64,000 bases of DNA. Origin: Verrucomicrobiia bacterium. Its GTDB lineage: Bacteria > Verrucomicrobiota > Verrucomicrobiia > Palsa-1439. Position 1 is the first letter of the stretch; each line of letters begins with the position of its first letter. The stretch covers positions 15,374-79,373 of the forward strand of contig JBGQCJ010000005.1 in NCBI GenBank assembly GCA_041495285.1, in the 5' to 3' direction. Below are positions 38,527 through 49,081 of this stretch, piece by piece. A program made the position numbers and the translations under genes. The notes under the pieces are model-generated. The model was given only the letters and a program-made list of their open reading frames with translations, was not told where the DNA came from and searched no databases.

Positions 38527-39776
38527 ATCCTTACGTTCTTCTCGTCAAACTGCTGAAAAGCCTGCACGAGATCGACCATGAACCGCGCCGCATTCGCGCC
38601 ATCGGCCACGCGATGGTCGTACGACAACCCGAGCGGCAACATCAGCCGCGATTCCACATTGCCATCAATCACCACCGGCTTCAACGCGCCCCGTCCCATC
38701 CCGAGAATCGCCACTTCCGGTTTGTTCACAATCGGTGTGAACGCTCCGCTGCCGATGCCGCCCTGATTCGAAATCGTGAACGTGCCGCCTTTCATCTGCT
38801 CGCCGGTGACTTTGCGCTCGCGCGTCTTTGTCGCCAACGCATCCAGTTCCTTCGCCAGATCGAGCATGCTCTTCTTGTCTACATCGCGAATGACCGGCAC
38901 GATCAACCCGTGCTCGGTGTCCACCGCGATACCGATGTGATAGTACTCCTTGAAGATGACCTCCTCGGCGACCTCGTCGAGGCTCGTGTTGAAAATCGGA
39001 TGCTTCTGCAACGTGGCGACCACCGCCTTCAACGCCAAGCCGGTCAGAGTCAACCGCGCGCCCTTCGCCTCGTACGCCTTCGCGTACTTCTTCCGCAACG
39101 CATCGAGCCCGGTAATGTCCGCTTCGTCAAACTGCGTGACGCGCGGCACCGCCGTCCACGATTCGCCCATCCGCCGCGCAATCGTCTTGCGCAATGACGA
39201 CATCGGCTTCTTCGTAATCGGTCCCCACTGCGAGAAATCAATCTGCTCCGCAACGTGCTTCGCGGGCATCGCACCTTCGGGCCGGTGCTCGAACGCGAGA
39301 CGTTGCAGGTTCTCCACGTACGCGCGCAGATCGCCCAGCGTGATTCGTCCGCCCGGATCGCTCCCGCGAATCTTCGTCAGATCAATACCGAGTTGATTCG
39401 CCATTTTACGAACCGACGGAGGTGCCGGCGGCGGAAAGCCAGGAATTACCGGCGCCGCAATGGCCGCGACGGGTGTCGTTGTAGCAACGGCTGTCTCAGC
39501 CGCAGAGGCACGCGGCGCTACCGGTGTAGTGGCCGCCGTCCCGGCGGCTTCCGCCACCGAAACAATGACTTGGCCTGCGGAAATTTTATCGCCCACTTTC
39601 ACACGAACGTCCGTCACCGTGCCGGCAGCGGTGGACGGAATGGTGCCGACCGCCTTCTCCGTCTCCAACTCAAGAATCGGCTGATCCTTTTGAATCTGAT
39701 CGCCCTTCTTGACGAGAATGTTGACGACCGTCCCGGAGTCAGCGCCTTCGCCCAGACTCGGTAGCCTAATGTCCAT
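38523..39776 (-). CDS. aceF: Dihydrolipoamide acetyltransferase (E2) of the pyruvate dehydrogenase complex
   Basis: Lipoyl domain (ILELETEKAVGTIPSTAAGTVTDVRVKVGD), E3-binding domain, catalytic domain (LSYDHRVADGANAARF). Stop overlaps lpdA start (ATGA). Confidence 0.85.
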   Translation of the reverse strand: MDIRLPSLGEGADSGTVVNILVKKGDQIQKDQPILELETEKAVGTIPSTAAGTVTDVRVKVGDKISAGQVIVSVAEAAGTAATTPVAPRASAAETAVATTTPVAAIAAPVIPGFPPPAPPSVRKMANQLGIDLTKIRGSDPGGRITLGDLRAYVENLQRLAFEHRPEGAMPAKHVAEQIDFSQWGPITKKPMSSLRKTIARRMGESWTAVPRVTQFDEADITGLDALRKKYAKAYEAKGARLTLTGLALKAVVATLQKHPIFNTSLDEVAEEVIFKEYYHIGIAVDTEHGLIVPVIRDVDKKSMLDLAKELDALATKTRERKVTGEQMKGGTFTISNQGGIGSGAFTPIVNKPEVAILGMGRGALKPVVIDGNVESRLMLPLGLSYDHRVADGANAARFMVDLVQAFQQFDEKNVRI

Positions 39777-39986
39777 GTGCGTTGCCTTTCATGATGCCTG
39801 AAACCCGCAACGTTTTATCGTTCTCAAAGCAATAACACAAGCATCCAGAAATGCAAAACGGCGGAGGCGAGCTGGAGCAGTTAGCCCTCAGCGATTAGCT
39901 TTCGGCTTGTTCGGCAATACTGAAATCGGCATAATACGGTGCTGAACATCAGTTTCATGCCTTTTGCGTTTTGAGGCGCGAACATA

Positions 39987-40508
39987 GTGCGCTGGAAGCC
40001 AATAGCGTTGGTGGTTCTTCTTACCGCGGTTGTTGTCGCAACGGCCATCAAGAATTTTCTGAATCAACTTGGCGATAAGGGGCCGGTGTCTACACCTTGC
40101 ACGTCTTCAGCAGAATCGAAAAGGTGGAGAACATACGTTTGTCTAGCTAAGTTTGAGCCGGGAGTGTTCAACTACCGCACTCATGAGATTGTCATACGGG
40201 AAGCGTGGGTAGAGCGGACTAGCAAAGAATTGTACTTTCTCGTTTGGTTTCCATACCGCAAAAACATAGGCGGTTATCAGCTTTGTTTCACACTCAGAAG
40301 CGGAAATGAGGTTTTCACGTCATCTTCTTTTGAACCACCGTTCTTCGTGATAGGGAAGAGAGGGAATGGCTTTGCAACTGTCAACCTAGATGAACTGTTC
40401 TATGACACTTTAGATGAGTTGCCTCCTACAGTTCGCGTCAGTCTGTTAAGCGACTGGAAAGAAGAACGGTTGACCAACATTGTGGTAAGAATCGACAAGA
40501 CCCATTGA
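39987..40508 (+). CDS. Hypothetical membrane-anchored protein, low-GC, opposite strand inside the PDH operon
   Basis: 173-aa ORF with N-terminal hydrophobic helix (IALVVLLTAVVVATAI). GC about 45% versus about 62% in the flanks. No recognisable domain. Confidence 0.45.
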   Translation: MRWKPIALVVLLTAVVVATAIKNFLNQLGDKGPVSTPCTSSAESKRWRTYVCLAKFEPGVFNYRTHEIVIREAWVERTSKELYFLVWFPYRKNIGGYQLCFTLRSGNEVFTSSSFEPPFFVIGKRGNGFATVNLDELFYDTLDELPPTVRVSLLSDWKEERLTNIVVRIDKTH

Positions 40509-40546
40509 TCCATTCCGGCGAATGAAACGCGAGACTAACTTCAAAA

Positions 40547-43258
40547 TCAGACGCAGAACGGGTAGGCTTTTTCGGGATCGACGTTGAGGTCGCGGATGGC
40601 GCGGGCAACGGTGTCGCGGGGGATCTCGCCTTTGCGGGCGAGTTCGTAGAGGATGGCGATGGTGACACATTCGGCGTCCACCTCAAAAAAGCGGCGGAGG
40701 TTTTCGCGCGTGTCGCTGCGACCAAAGCCGTCGGTGCCAAGCGTGGCCAAGTGGCCCGGTACCCACGGCGAGATTTGGTCCGGCACGAGTTTCATGTAAT
40801 CGGACACGGCAACGAACACACCTTTCTCTCCTTCGAGCACCTGCTCCAGATACGCTTTGCGCGGCGGCTCGGTCGGGTGCAGCATGTTCCAGCGGCTGAC
40901 GCGTTGAAGGTCGGTCTTGAGCAGCTTGTAGCTCGTGGCGCTCCAGACGTCGGCGGATACGTCGTAGCGTTCAGCAAGAATCTCCTGCGCGCGTAACGCT
41001 TCGCGGATGATCGGGCCGCTGCCGAGAATCTGCGCCTTGTGCTTCTTGTTCTCCTCGCCCTTTCGGAATTTGTAGAGCCCCTTGAGAATTCCTTCCTCGA
41101 CGCCTGCCGGCATCGGCGGCATGGCGTAGTTCTCGTTGTGCAACGTGAGGTAATAGAAAATGTCTTCGCCTTCCTGATACATCCGGCGCATGCCGTCCTG
41201 AATGATCACGGCAATCTCGTACGAGAATGCCGGGTCGTAGGTCACCAGCGTCGGAATCGTGGACGCGAGCAAATGGCTGTGACCGTCCTGATGTTGTAGG
41301 CCCTCGCCGTTCAACGTGGTGCGTCCGGCAGTCGCGCCAAGCAGGAAACCTTTGGCGCGGATGTCGCCGGCCAGCCACATCAAGTCGCCGATGCGTTGGA
41401 AGCCGAACATCGAATAATAAATGTAGAACGGCACCATGTACGTCCCGTGACTCGCGTACGCGGTAGCGGCGGCGATCCACGACGACATCGAGCCGGCTTC
41501 GGTGATGCCTTCCTCCAGAATCTGCCCGTCCTTCGTCTCATGATAATAAAGCAGCGATGCGCGATCCACCGGCTCGTAGAGCTGGCCTTTGAACGAGTAA
41601 ATGCCGAACTCGCGGAACAGCGCGTCCATGCCGAACGTCCGCGCTTCGTCCGGGATGATCGGCACCACCTTGCGACCGAATTCCTTGTTGCGCAGCAAGC
41701 TGGTCAGGACGCGCACGAAACCCATCGTCGTGGACATTTCGAGCGTGGCGGAACCCTTCAGCACATCAGCGAACGAATCCAGCGTCGGCACCTTCAACCG
41801 TTCGGCTTTGACCTGCCGATTCGGCAGAAATCCACCCAACTTCTGCCGGCGTTCGAGCAGGTATTGAATCTCCGGGCTGTTCGACGGCGGCCGGTAAAAT
41901 GGCGCCTCGGCGATCACTTCGTCACTGATCGGAATGTCGAACCGCTCACGAAACTCGCGCAGTTCTTTTTCGTTCAGCTTCTTTTGTTGGTGGGAGATGT
42001 TTCGACCTTCGCCGCCTTCACCCAAACCGTAACCTTTGACGGTTTTCGCCAAGATGACCGACGGCCCGCCCTTGTGTTCGACGGCGGCCTTGTACGCCGC
42101 GTAAACCTTCTGCGGATCGTGACCGCCGCGGACGAGCTTTTGGATTTGCTCGTCGCTGAGATGATTGACCAACGGCAGCAGCTCCGGGTACTTGCCGAAG
42201 AAATGTTTGCGCGTGTAGCTACCCGGCTCGACGGAATACTTCTGGTAATCGCCGTCCACCGCTTCTTCCATGCGCTTGAGCAAAAGCCCGGTATGGTCGG
42301 TGGCCAGAAGCGGATCCCAATTTGAACCCCAGATGACTTTGATGACATTCCAACCAGCACCGCGAAACGCCGCTTCGAGTTCTTGGATGATCTTGCCGTT
42401 GCCGCGTACCGGGCCGTCGAGCCGCTGCAGGTTGCAGTTCACGATCCACGTGAGATTGTCCAAACCTTCCCTCGATGCCAAGGTCAACGCGCCGAGCGAC
42501 TCCGGCTCGTCAATCTCGCCGTCGCCGACGAAACACCACACGCGCGGTTCTTCGCCTTGAACGAAACCGCGCGCCTTCAAGTACCGGTTAAACCGCGCTT
42601 GATAGATCGACATGATCGGGCCGAGACCCATCGAGACGGTCGGGAACTGCCAGAAATCCGGCATCAAATAGGGATGCGGATACGACGAAAGTCCGCCGCC
42701 CTCGGCCAGCTCCTGCCGGAAGTGCTGCAAGTGATGTTCTGCGAGCCGGCCTTCGAGAAACGCGCGGGCGTAGTTGCCGGGCGAGGCGTGCCCCTGAAAA
42801 TAAACCAAGTCGGCGGGATGACCGTCTTCGCCGCCGCGGAAGAAATGATTGAATCCCACTTCGTACAGCGTGGCCGCCGACGCGTACGTCGAAATGTGCC
42901 CGCCGATGCCACTGTGAATCCGGTTGGCGTTGACGACCATCGCCATCGCGTTCCAGCGGATGTAACTCTTGATGCGCCGCTCCACGTCGCGGTCGCCGGG
43001 ATACTTCGGTTCTCTGTCCGGCGGGATCGTGTTCACGTACGGTGTGCTGACCGTGTACGGAATCGGGATGCCGGTCTCGCGCAGCCGATCCATCAATTCA
43101 TCCAACAACAAGCCGGCGCGCTCCGAGCCGGTGTTCTTCAACACACTTTCGAGAATGTACTCCACCGACTCGAGCCACCGATTCGTCTCGCTGTTGTTCG
43201 ACTCGTGCTGTGGGGGTGACAATTCTTCCATGGTTTTTGGTTTGGACTTCACTCTCAC
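40547..43258 (-). CDS. aceE: Pyruvate dehydrogenase E1 component (homodimeric AceE type)
   Basis: About 890 aa, collinear with AceE (ThDP-binding region ...GDGEIDEPESLGAL..., C-terminal transketolase-like region). Start is GTG 43258 or ATG 43231. Confidence 0.9.
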   Translation of the reverse strand: MRVKSKPKTMEELSPPQHESNNSETNRWLESVEYILESVLKNTGSERAGLLLDELMDRLRETGIPIPYTVSTPYVNTIPPDREPKYPGDRDVERRIKSYIRWNAMAMVVNANRIHSGIGGHISTYASAATLYEVGFNHFFRGGEDGHPADLVYFQGHASPGNYARAFLEGRLAEHHLQHFRQELAEGGGLSSYPHPYLMPDFWQFPTVSMGLGPIMSIYQARFNRYLKARGFVQGEEPRVWCFVGDGEIDEPESLGALTLASREGLDNLTWIVNCNLQRLDGPVRGNGKIIQELEAAFRGAGWNVIKVIWGSNWDPLLATDHTGLLLKRMEEAVDGDYQKYSVEPGSYTRKHFFGKYPELLPLVNHLSDEQIQKLVRGGHDPQKVYAAYKAAVEHKGGPSVILAKTVKGYGLGEGGEGRNISHQQKKLNEKELREFRERFDIPISDEVIAEAPFYRPPSNSPEIQYLLERRQKLGGFLPNRQVKAERLKVPTLDSFADVLKGSATLEMSTTMGFVRVLTSLLRNKEFGRKVVPIIPDEARTFGMDALFREFGIYSFKGQLYEPVDRASLLYYHETKDGQILEEGITEAGSMSSWIAAATAYASHGTYMVPFYIYYSMFGFQRIGDLMWLAGDIRAKGFLLGATAGRTTLNGEGLQHQDGHSHLLASTIPTLVTYDPAFSYEIAVIIQDGMRRMYQEGEDIFYYLTLHNENYAMPPMPAGVEEGILKGLYKFRKGEENKKHKAQILGSGPIIREALRAQEILAERYDVSADVWSATSYKLLKTDLQRVSRWNMLHPTEPPRKAYLEQVLEGEKGVFVAVSDYMKLVPDQISPWVPGHLATLGTDGFGRSDTRENLRRFFEVDAECVTIAILYELARKGEIPRDTVARAIRDLNVDPEKAYPFCV

Positions 43259-43298
43259 GCTCGCTTATTGAATACAGGATAATCGATTTCGGCGCAAA

Positions 43299-44018
43299 AT
43301 GAAATACATAGACCTAACCCTTCCGACGCCGCAAGCCAATCTCGCGGCTGACGAGGCGCTGCTCGACTTCTGCGAGGAAGGCCACCCGGACGAAATCCTG
43401 CGCTTCTGGGAATCTCCCCAGCGTTTCGCCGTGCTCGGTTACTCGAACAAGACGCAGTCGGAAGTCAACGCTTCTGCCTGCCGGACCGACGGCCTGCCGG
43501 TGCTCCGTCGCTGCACCGGCGGCGGTGCCGTCGTCCAAGGCCCCGGTTGCCTCAACTTCTCTCTGATTCTCCGAATCCCCGACTCCGGTCCGCTCGCGAA
43601 GATTACCGAGACCAACGCCTTTATCATGACGCGGCACCAGCAAGCCCTTGAACCGGTCTTCGGCTCGCAAATCGACATTCAAGGCTCAAGCGACCTCGCC
43701 ATCGGCACCATGAAATTCTCCGGCAACGCCCAACGTCGCAAACGCCGGTACCTTCTGTTTCACGGCACCTTCCTGCTCGACTTCGATATTCCGGTGCTTG
43801 AGCGACTGCTGCCACTGCCTTCGCGTCAGCCAGCGTACCGGCAGAACCGCGCCCATTCGGATTTTCTCGTAAACATCAACGCCGCGCGGTCGTTGGTGAA
43901 GGAAACCCTTACATCGCTTTGGGGCGCGACGGAAACGCTGAACGACGTTCCGCTGGAGCGGATTGAAGCGCTGGCAACCGACCGGTACTCGTCCGACGAG
44001 TGGAACTTCCGGTGTTGA
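43299..44018 (+). CDS. Lipoate-protein ligase / octanoyltransferase family protein (BPL/LPL catalytic domain)
   Basis: ...EILRFWESPQRFAVLGYSNK...PVLRRCTGGGAVVQGPGCLNFSLIL...KFSGNAQRRKRRYLLFHGTFLLDFD is a BPL_LplA_LipB domain. Sits beside the PDH operon. Confidence 0.7.
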   Translation: MKYIDLTLPTPQANLAADEALLDFCEEGHPDEILRFWESPQRFAVLGYSNKTQSEVNASACRTDGLPVLRRCTGGGAVVQGPGCLNFSLILRIPDSGPLAKITETNAFIMTRHQQALEPVFGSQIDIQGSSDLAIGTMKFSGNAQRRKRRYLLFHGTFLLDFDIPVLERLLPLPSRQPAYRQNRAHSDFLVNINAARSLVKETLTSLWGATETLNDVPLERIEALATDRYSSDEWNFRC

Positions 44019-44096
44019 GTTCGCTTTGCCTTGACCATTCCGTCAGCCGCGCTACAATCTGCCTGTCCAACCACGCGAGGGAAAGGAGCAGTGATT

Positions 44097-44942
44097 ATGA
44101 AACGCCTGACCGCCCTTCTTGTTGTCTTGCTGAGTTTGTTCGGACTTGCCGCCGACCTGATTACCGAGACCGTTACCATCAAAGGATCGAACACGTTCGG
44201 CGAGGAGCTTGCGCCCAATCTCATCGCCGCATACCGCAAACTGCATTCTGAGATTTTGGTCGATCTGGAATCCAAAGGCACCGCCACCGGCTTCGCAGCC
44301 CTGCTGGACGGCAACTGCGAAATCGCCGCCGCCTCGCGCCCGATCAACGAGGATGAACTGCGCCTCGCCCACTCGCGCGGCATCACACTGGATGATTACG
44401 TCATCGGCTACTACGGCGTGGCGGTCATCGTCAACGAAACGAACACCGTGCGCGCGTTGACCGACACGCAAGTGCGCGACATTTTCACCGGCACCATCCG
44501 CAACTGGAAGGCGCTGGGCGGCCCCGATGCGCCCATCCATCTCTACATCCGCGATGCCGTGTCCGGCACGCACCTCGGGTTTCAGGAATTGGCGATGTCG
44601 AGCCGGCCGTACGCCACCGACGCGAAACCATTGAAGAGCTACGCCGAAATCGCTGATGCGGTCGGCCCCGACCCGCTTGGCGTCGGCTATGTCGGCATCA
44701 ACCTGACCTCGCGCGCCAAGGTGCTGGCGGTCAGCATCAACCGCATCCTGCCCACCGCCGTGTCCGTCAACGACAGCTCGTATCTCTACGCGCGACAACT
44801 GCGGCTGTATGTCAACCACGACAAGGTGTCGCCCGCCGCCCGGGAGTTCATCCGCTTTGTTCAATCGAGCAACGGACAACGTCTGCTTGATCAGATTGGG
44901 TTCGTCCGCCGCACGGAAACTCGCGTCTGGCCGCCGCAGTGA
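44097..44942 (+). CDS. Periplasmic phosphate-binding-protein-like (PstS/PBP-like_2) solute-binding protein
   Basis: AAGGAG SD then ATG 44097. Signal peptide. ...IKGSNTFGEELAP...CEIAAASRP... and ...YIRDAVSGTHLGFQE... match the PBP_like_2 fold. No adjacent ABC permease genes. Confidence 0.55.
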   Translation: MKRLTALLVVLLSLFGLAADLITETVTIKGSNTFGEELAPNLIAAYRKLHSEILVDLESKGTATGFAALLDGNCEIAAASRPINEDELRLAHSRGITLDDYVIGYYGVAVIVNETNTVRALTDTQVRDIFTGTIRNWKALGGPDAPIHLYIRDAVSGTHLGFQELAMSSRPYATDAKPLKSYAEIADAVGPDPLGVGYVGINLTSRAKVLAVSINRILPTAVSVNDSSYLYARQLRLYVNHDKVSPAAREFIRFVQSSNGQRLLDQIGFVRRTETRVWPPQ

Positions 44943-44967
44943 TCACCATCGCGCGCCGGTCGCCTGT

Positions 44968-46428
44968 CTATTCGTTGTGCGGGATCTTGACGGTGCTGGC
45001 GCCGATGAACTCGCGGATGACAGCGTCGCCGGGAATGATGTCGTAGGTCTTGGTCTGCTCGCGCGTGAGGCCCTCCACTGATTCCAGCAGATTCTTCACG
45101 CGTTCGTACCGGATGCGCGCATCGAGAAAACCCCGGTACTGCTCGAAGTCCTCGGGACGCGGCAAGTAACCGCCCTCGCCGATGAAGAACGGCTTGAGCG
45201 CCGCCAAATCAAACGGCAGTCCGCCGTTGACCACGTGATCGGCAATGCCCATCAGCGGGATGATGCTGAACAGCTCACCGGCGCGGACGTAGTGCCAGTG
45301 CAGGATCGTCGAGAGCGGACTGTGATTGCGATGCTGCACGTCGCGCAACATCCGGCGGATCAACCGCACGTCGGTAAACTTCGTCAGCCGGTTCGATTTG
45401 CCGTCGCCCTCGTAAAGCACGTTCATCGTTTCGATGTACACGCGGAATTGCGTGGACTGGTCAATGCCCTCGGTGATCGGCGGATATAGCCCGTGCAGGC
45501 AATCGAGCAGAAGAATCTCGTCCTTCGCGAGCTTGACCGGCTTCGAGGAGATGCGGCGGCCTTCCTTGAAACTGTAGACCGGCTTCTCAATCGTCTTGCC
45601 GTCGAGCAACTCTTTCAGATGTTGATTCAACAACTGGATGTCCAACGCCTCCGGTGTCTCGAAATTCCGGTCGTTGATCCAGTCGGTGGGATGTTCGATC
45701 AACGCCCAGAAATAGTCGTCCAGATTCAGCATCAAAAACTTCAGGCCATGTTTCTGCAACCGCTCTGTCAGCTTCACCGTCGTCGTCGTCTTGCCGGACG
45801 AACTTGGCCCGCTCACCCACATCATGCGAATGTTGTCGCCCGCGTTCAGCCGCGCCATGACCTTCTTGGCCGCCTCGTCCAACGACGCTTCGTACACCGC
45901 CAGCGATTCGTCCACCAGCGGCTTGAGTTTCCCGCGGCGCACGATCTCATTCAGCCCGGCCACTGTGTCGCAACCGCGCTGGCGATTCCACTCCAGTGTC
46001 TTCTCCATGCGCTTCTTCGGAAAACCGTTGCCGACAAACTGTGCGTCGTTGATCGCGCCCTCGCGCAACCAGTGCCGGCCCCAGCGGTAGCATTCGTACG
46101 CGTCGGCGGTGTTCTGGAAACCGTAGCTCCGCAGCGCGTGCAGCACTTCAACCTGAATGTCTTCAATGGTCGGCGGAAAATTCGCAATCAGATGATGCTG
46201 ATCAGAGTTCAGGCAAAGCACGACCGTGTCCGCGAGAAACCCGGCCACCGCCTCGTCCGAGCCGTGCGCCTCGAAAATCTTTTCGTTGATGCCCGGCAGA
46301 AAATCCTGCTGGAATCCGCCGATGGATTGAGCCGCGTGCAGGATGGCCTCGCGGATGCGGCCTTCATCGAACGTGACGAGCGCCCGGTTGCGCTTCTGCA
46401 CTTTGACGATCTGATTTTGAATGGCCAT
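44968..46428 (-). CDS. ATP-cone domain fused to a uridine-kinase/phosphoribulokinase-family P-loop kinase
   Basis: N-terminus IVKVQKRNRALVTFDEGRIREAILHA is ATP-cone-like. Walker A VSGPSSSGKTTTTVKL and LNLDDYF are Udk/PRK-like. Start taken as ATG 46428. Confidence 0.6.
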   Translation of the reverse strand: MAIQNQIVKVQKRNRALVTFDEGRIREAILHAAQSIGGFQQDFLPGINEKIFEAHGSDEAVAGFLADTVVLCLNSDQHHLIANFPPTIEDIQVEVLHALRSYGFQNTADAYECYRWGRHWLREGAINDAQFVGNGFPKKRMEKTLEWNRQRGCDTVAGLNEIVRRGKLKPLVDESLAVYEASLDEAAKKVMARLNAGDNIRMMWVSGPSSSGKTTTTVKLTERLQKHGLKFLMLNLDDYFWALIEHPTDWINDRNFETPEALDIQLLNQHLKELLDGKTIEKPVYSFKEGRRISSKPVKLAKDEILLLDCLHGLYPPITEGIDQSTQFRVYIETMNVLYEGDGKSNRLTKFTDVRLIRRMLRDVQHRNHSPLSTILHWHYVRAGELFSIIPLMGIADHVVNGGLPFDLAALKPFFIGEGGYLPRPEDFEQYRGFLDARIRYERVKNLLESVEGLTREQTKTYDIIPGDAVIREFIGASTVKIPHNE

Positions 46429-46541
46429 CGGTTTAACCCGTGCGGTGCGCTGACTATAACACAGCCGCCCCGCCGCCGACAATATCCTTGACGCATACCA
46501 GCGAGTTTGTTACCGACGGCCCCAACACAAGGAGGCCCGGC

Positions 46542-47189
46542 ATGGAGAAACTTCGTCCCTGCATCGCGGAAGCCATCGGCACGTTTTCGCTCATCTTCGT
46601 CGGCATCGGCGCCATCAAAGCGGCCGGTAACGATCTTCTCGCCGTCGCCCTCGCCCACGGGCTGACCATTGCCGTCTTCGTGTCGGCGACCGGCCACATC
46701 TCCGGCGGGCATCTCAATCCGGCCGTCACCTTCGGCGCGCTCGTCGGCGGCAAGATCAGCCTCAACGACGCCGTGCTCTATTGGATTTCACAACTCGTCG
46801 GCGCGACGCTCGCCGCCTTCGTCTGCCTCGGCCTGTTCACCCGCAGCGTCATCATCGACGGCACCCCGCAACTCGCCGGCGGCACGAACGCGTTCCAAGG
46901 CATCGTCATCGAAGCCATCGTCACCTTCTTCCTCGTGTTCGTTGTGTACGGCACCGCGATTGACCAACGCGGCCCAAAAATCGGCGGACTCGCCATCGGC
47001 CTGACCATCACCATCGGCATCTTGTTTGCCGGACCGCTGACCGGCGGCGCGATCAATCCGGCCCGCGTCTTCGGCCCCGCGCTGGCCGTCAGCTTCTGGA
47101 CCTATCATTACGTCTATTGGCTCGGCCCCATGATCGGCGGCGCGCTGGCCGGCTTGGTTTACAAGAACTGCTTCCTAAGCAAAAGTTGA
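46542..47189 (+). CDS. aqpZ: Aquaporin (MIP family, AqpZ-like)
   Basis: AAGGAGG SD. Two NPA boxes (SGGHLNPAVTFG; [11 protein letters not shown]). Six TM helices. Confidence 0.85.
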   Translation: MEKLRPCIAEAIGTFSLIFVGIGAIKAAGNDLLAVALAHGLTIAVFVSATGHISGGHLNPAVTFGALVGGKISLNDAVLYWISQLVGATLAAFVCLGLFTRSVIIDGTPQLAGGTNAFQGIVIEAIVTFFLVFVVYGTAIDQRGPKIGGLAIGLTITIGILFAGPLTGGAINPARVFGPALAVSFWTYHYVYWLGPMIGGALAGLVYKNCFLSKS

Positions 47190-47213
47190 TTCGTGGTGCC
47201 ACCGAGGTCGCGG

Positions 47214-48506
47214 CTATCTGGTGATGGTAGGGGCGGAGGCGACTGCTTGACTGTAACTGGGCGGCCTAAGCTGCGCTTGAGGAACCGGTGGCTGACTCAC
47301 GGTGAGTCGTGTCGTGTCGCCGGCCCAGCGTTGCAGACACGGCTGCAGAGCCGAGCGGCGTCGGCGTAGGTCTTTGATCATAGCGGCTTGGACGAACTCC
47401 TCCAAATCTGGTGGAGCGTTGGGACAGCGTTCCCGCAAAGGCGGTGGGGTTTCTTCCCGGTGTACCCTGGCCCACGCGTCCTCAGTCTCGGCGGGGAACG
47501 GTAATTGTCCGGTCAACAATTCGTACACCGTCATGCCCAAACTGTAAAAGTCCGCTTCCGGGCTGCCGCGTGAGCCGGCAAATCGCTCCGGCGCGGCATA
47601 GCCGGGCGTCATGCCGGTTTCGATGGCGGCCGCGTCCACCAACGACCCGGCAATGCCGAAATCCACCAGTTTGATCAGGCCGTCCGTGCTGATCATGATG
47701 TTGCTGGGTTTGATATCACAGTGGACCACCGATCGCGCGTGCGCCGCCTGCAGCCCACGCACGACCGCGAGCGTCACGCTGCGTACGTCCGTCGCCTTGA
47801 GCGGACCGCGCTGGATCATCCCTTCCTGTCCATTGCCGCCACGGACGTATTCGAGCACGAGAAACGCGGTGCCGTACAGTTCGATGAGATCACAGAGGTT
47901 GACGATGTTCTCGTGGTGCAACTGCCGCAGCAAGTACGCCTCCTGCCGGTAGCGTTCGAGAAAACGCGGCTGTTGAACGAGCGGGTGCGGGAGCATCTTC
48001 AACGCGAATTCCTCCGGGCCGCGCACGGCACGGAACACCCAGCCCATGTTGCCAGCGCCGAGTTGCTCGACGACTTCATACGAGCCGATGCGCCGCGCCA
48101 GCACGTCGGCACCCGACCAGCTCAGCCGATGCGCCACGAGCCGGGTCAAAATGATTTTCAGGTTGGGCAACTGCCGACAGAGTTCGTCGAAATCATCGGC
48201 GGCCAGACGGGACAGCGTGCAATCGGTGATGGCCGCCACATCGGCGTTGCGCGGTTCGCGGTTCAGCAGCGCCATTTCGCCAACGACGTGGCCCACGCCG
48301 AAGCGGGCGAGCGGCTGACCGGCCCGGCGCACTTCGACTTCGCCCTGACGGACGAGGTACAGACAATCGCCCGGCCCGCCTTCGCGAATGAACACCTCGC
48401 CCGCAGAGAAACGTTGATCCACGAGGCGGGTTCGCAGGAGGGCGGCCTCCTTTTCGGCGAGCTTCGCCCAAAGATCGAAGGCCGGAGCTGACGGAGTCGC
48501 CACCAT
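47214..48506 (-). CDS. Ser/Thr protein kinase with N-terminal cyclic-nucleotide-binding domain
   Basis: cNMP-binding region (FSAGEVFIREGGPGDCLYLVRQGEV...GEMALL). Hanks kinase motifs (GAGNMGWVFRA, ALK, HCDIKPSNIM, DFGIA, APE). Confidence 0.8.
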   Translation of the reverse strand: MVATPSAPAFDLWAKLAEKEAALLRTRLVDQRFSAGEVFIREGGPGDCLYLVRQGEVEVRRAGQPLARFGVGHVVGEMALLNREPRNADVAAITDCTLSRLAADDFDELCRQLPNLKIILTRLVAHRLSWSGADVLARRIGSYEVVEQLGAGNMGWVFRAVRGPEEFALKMLPHPLVQQPRFLERYRQEAYLLRQLHHENIVNLCDLIELYGTAFLVLEYVRGGNGQEGMIQRGPLKATDVRSVTLAVVRGLQAAHARSVVHCDIKPSNIMISTDGLIKLVDFGIAGSLVDAAAIETGMTPGYAAPERFAGSRGSPEADFYSLGMTVYELLTGQLPFPAETEDAWARVHREETPPPLRERCPNAPPDLEEFVQAAMIKDLRRRRSALQPCLQRWAGDTTRLTVSQPPVPQAQLRPPSYSQAVASAPTITR

Positions 48507-48669
48507 GTACCTGATTATCGGCGTCCCGCGCGATGCAATCAACACAACAATCAAATGGGAAAACTGCCGCTTGCTTCACAGAATCGTTTTGGCTAGCATG
48601 ACCGGAGCGTGAGGCAACACGAGGCGTGGCCCGCTGGCGGCGGCGCCAGTCGGAGAAACGGAGAAGAAT

Positions 48670-49044
48670 ATGCCCTACTTGGTCCATAAAGATCGCGACG
48701 GTTCGGTCATTCAATTCTGGAATCTTCACGAAGGACCGACGACCGTTGGCCGCGGGAACGAGGCGAACGCCAAAGTCGAAGACAACCTCTTGTCGAAAAC
48801 ACATTTCCGCATCACCCATGAATCCACCGGCTTCACCCTCAAGGATTTGGGGTCAAAGAATGGCACGCTCGTCAACGGTCAGGGCGTGACGGAACAACTC
48901 CTGAAGTCCAACGACAAAATCCGGGCGGGCGACTCCACGTTCTTCTTTGTGGAAGGACTCACCACCATGGCCGGCAAGATTGACCAAGACATCGACGAGT
49001 TGGGTGGACACGCACCCGGCTCGACGCCTTCACCCAAAAAGTAG
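48670..49044 (+). CDS. FHA domain protein
   Basis: [28 protein letters not shown]...[15 protein letters not shown] is an FHA signature. Divergent from the kinase gene. Confidence 0.7.
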   Translation: MPYLVHKDRDGSVIQFWNLHEGPTTVGRGNEANAKVEDNLLSKTHFRITHESTGFTLKDLGSKNGTLVNGQGVTEQLLKSNDKIRAGDSTFFFVEGLTTMAGKIDQDIDELGGHAPGSTPSPKK

Positions 49045-49081
49045 CCGCCGCCGGTCCAACTATTCGTGTAGTACCCGCCGC

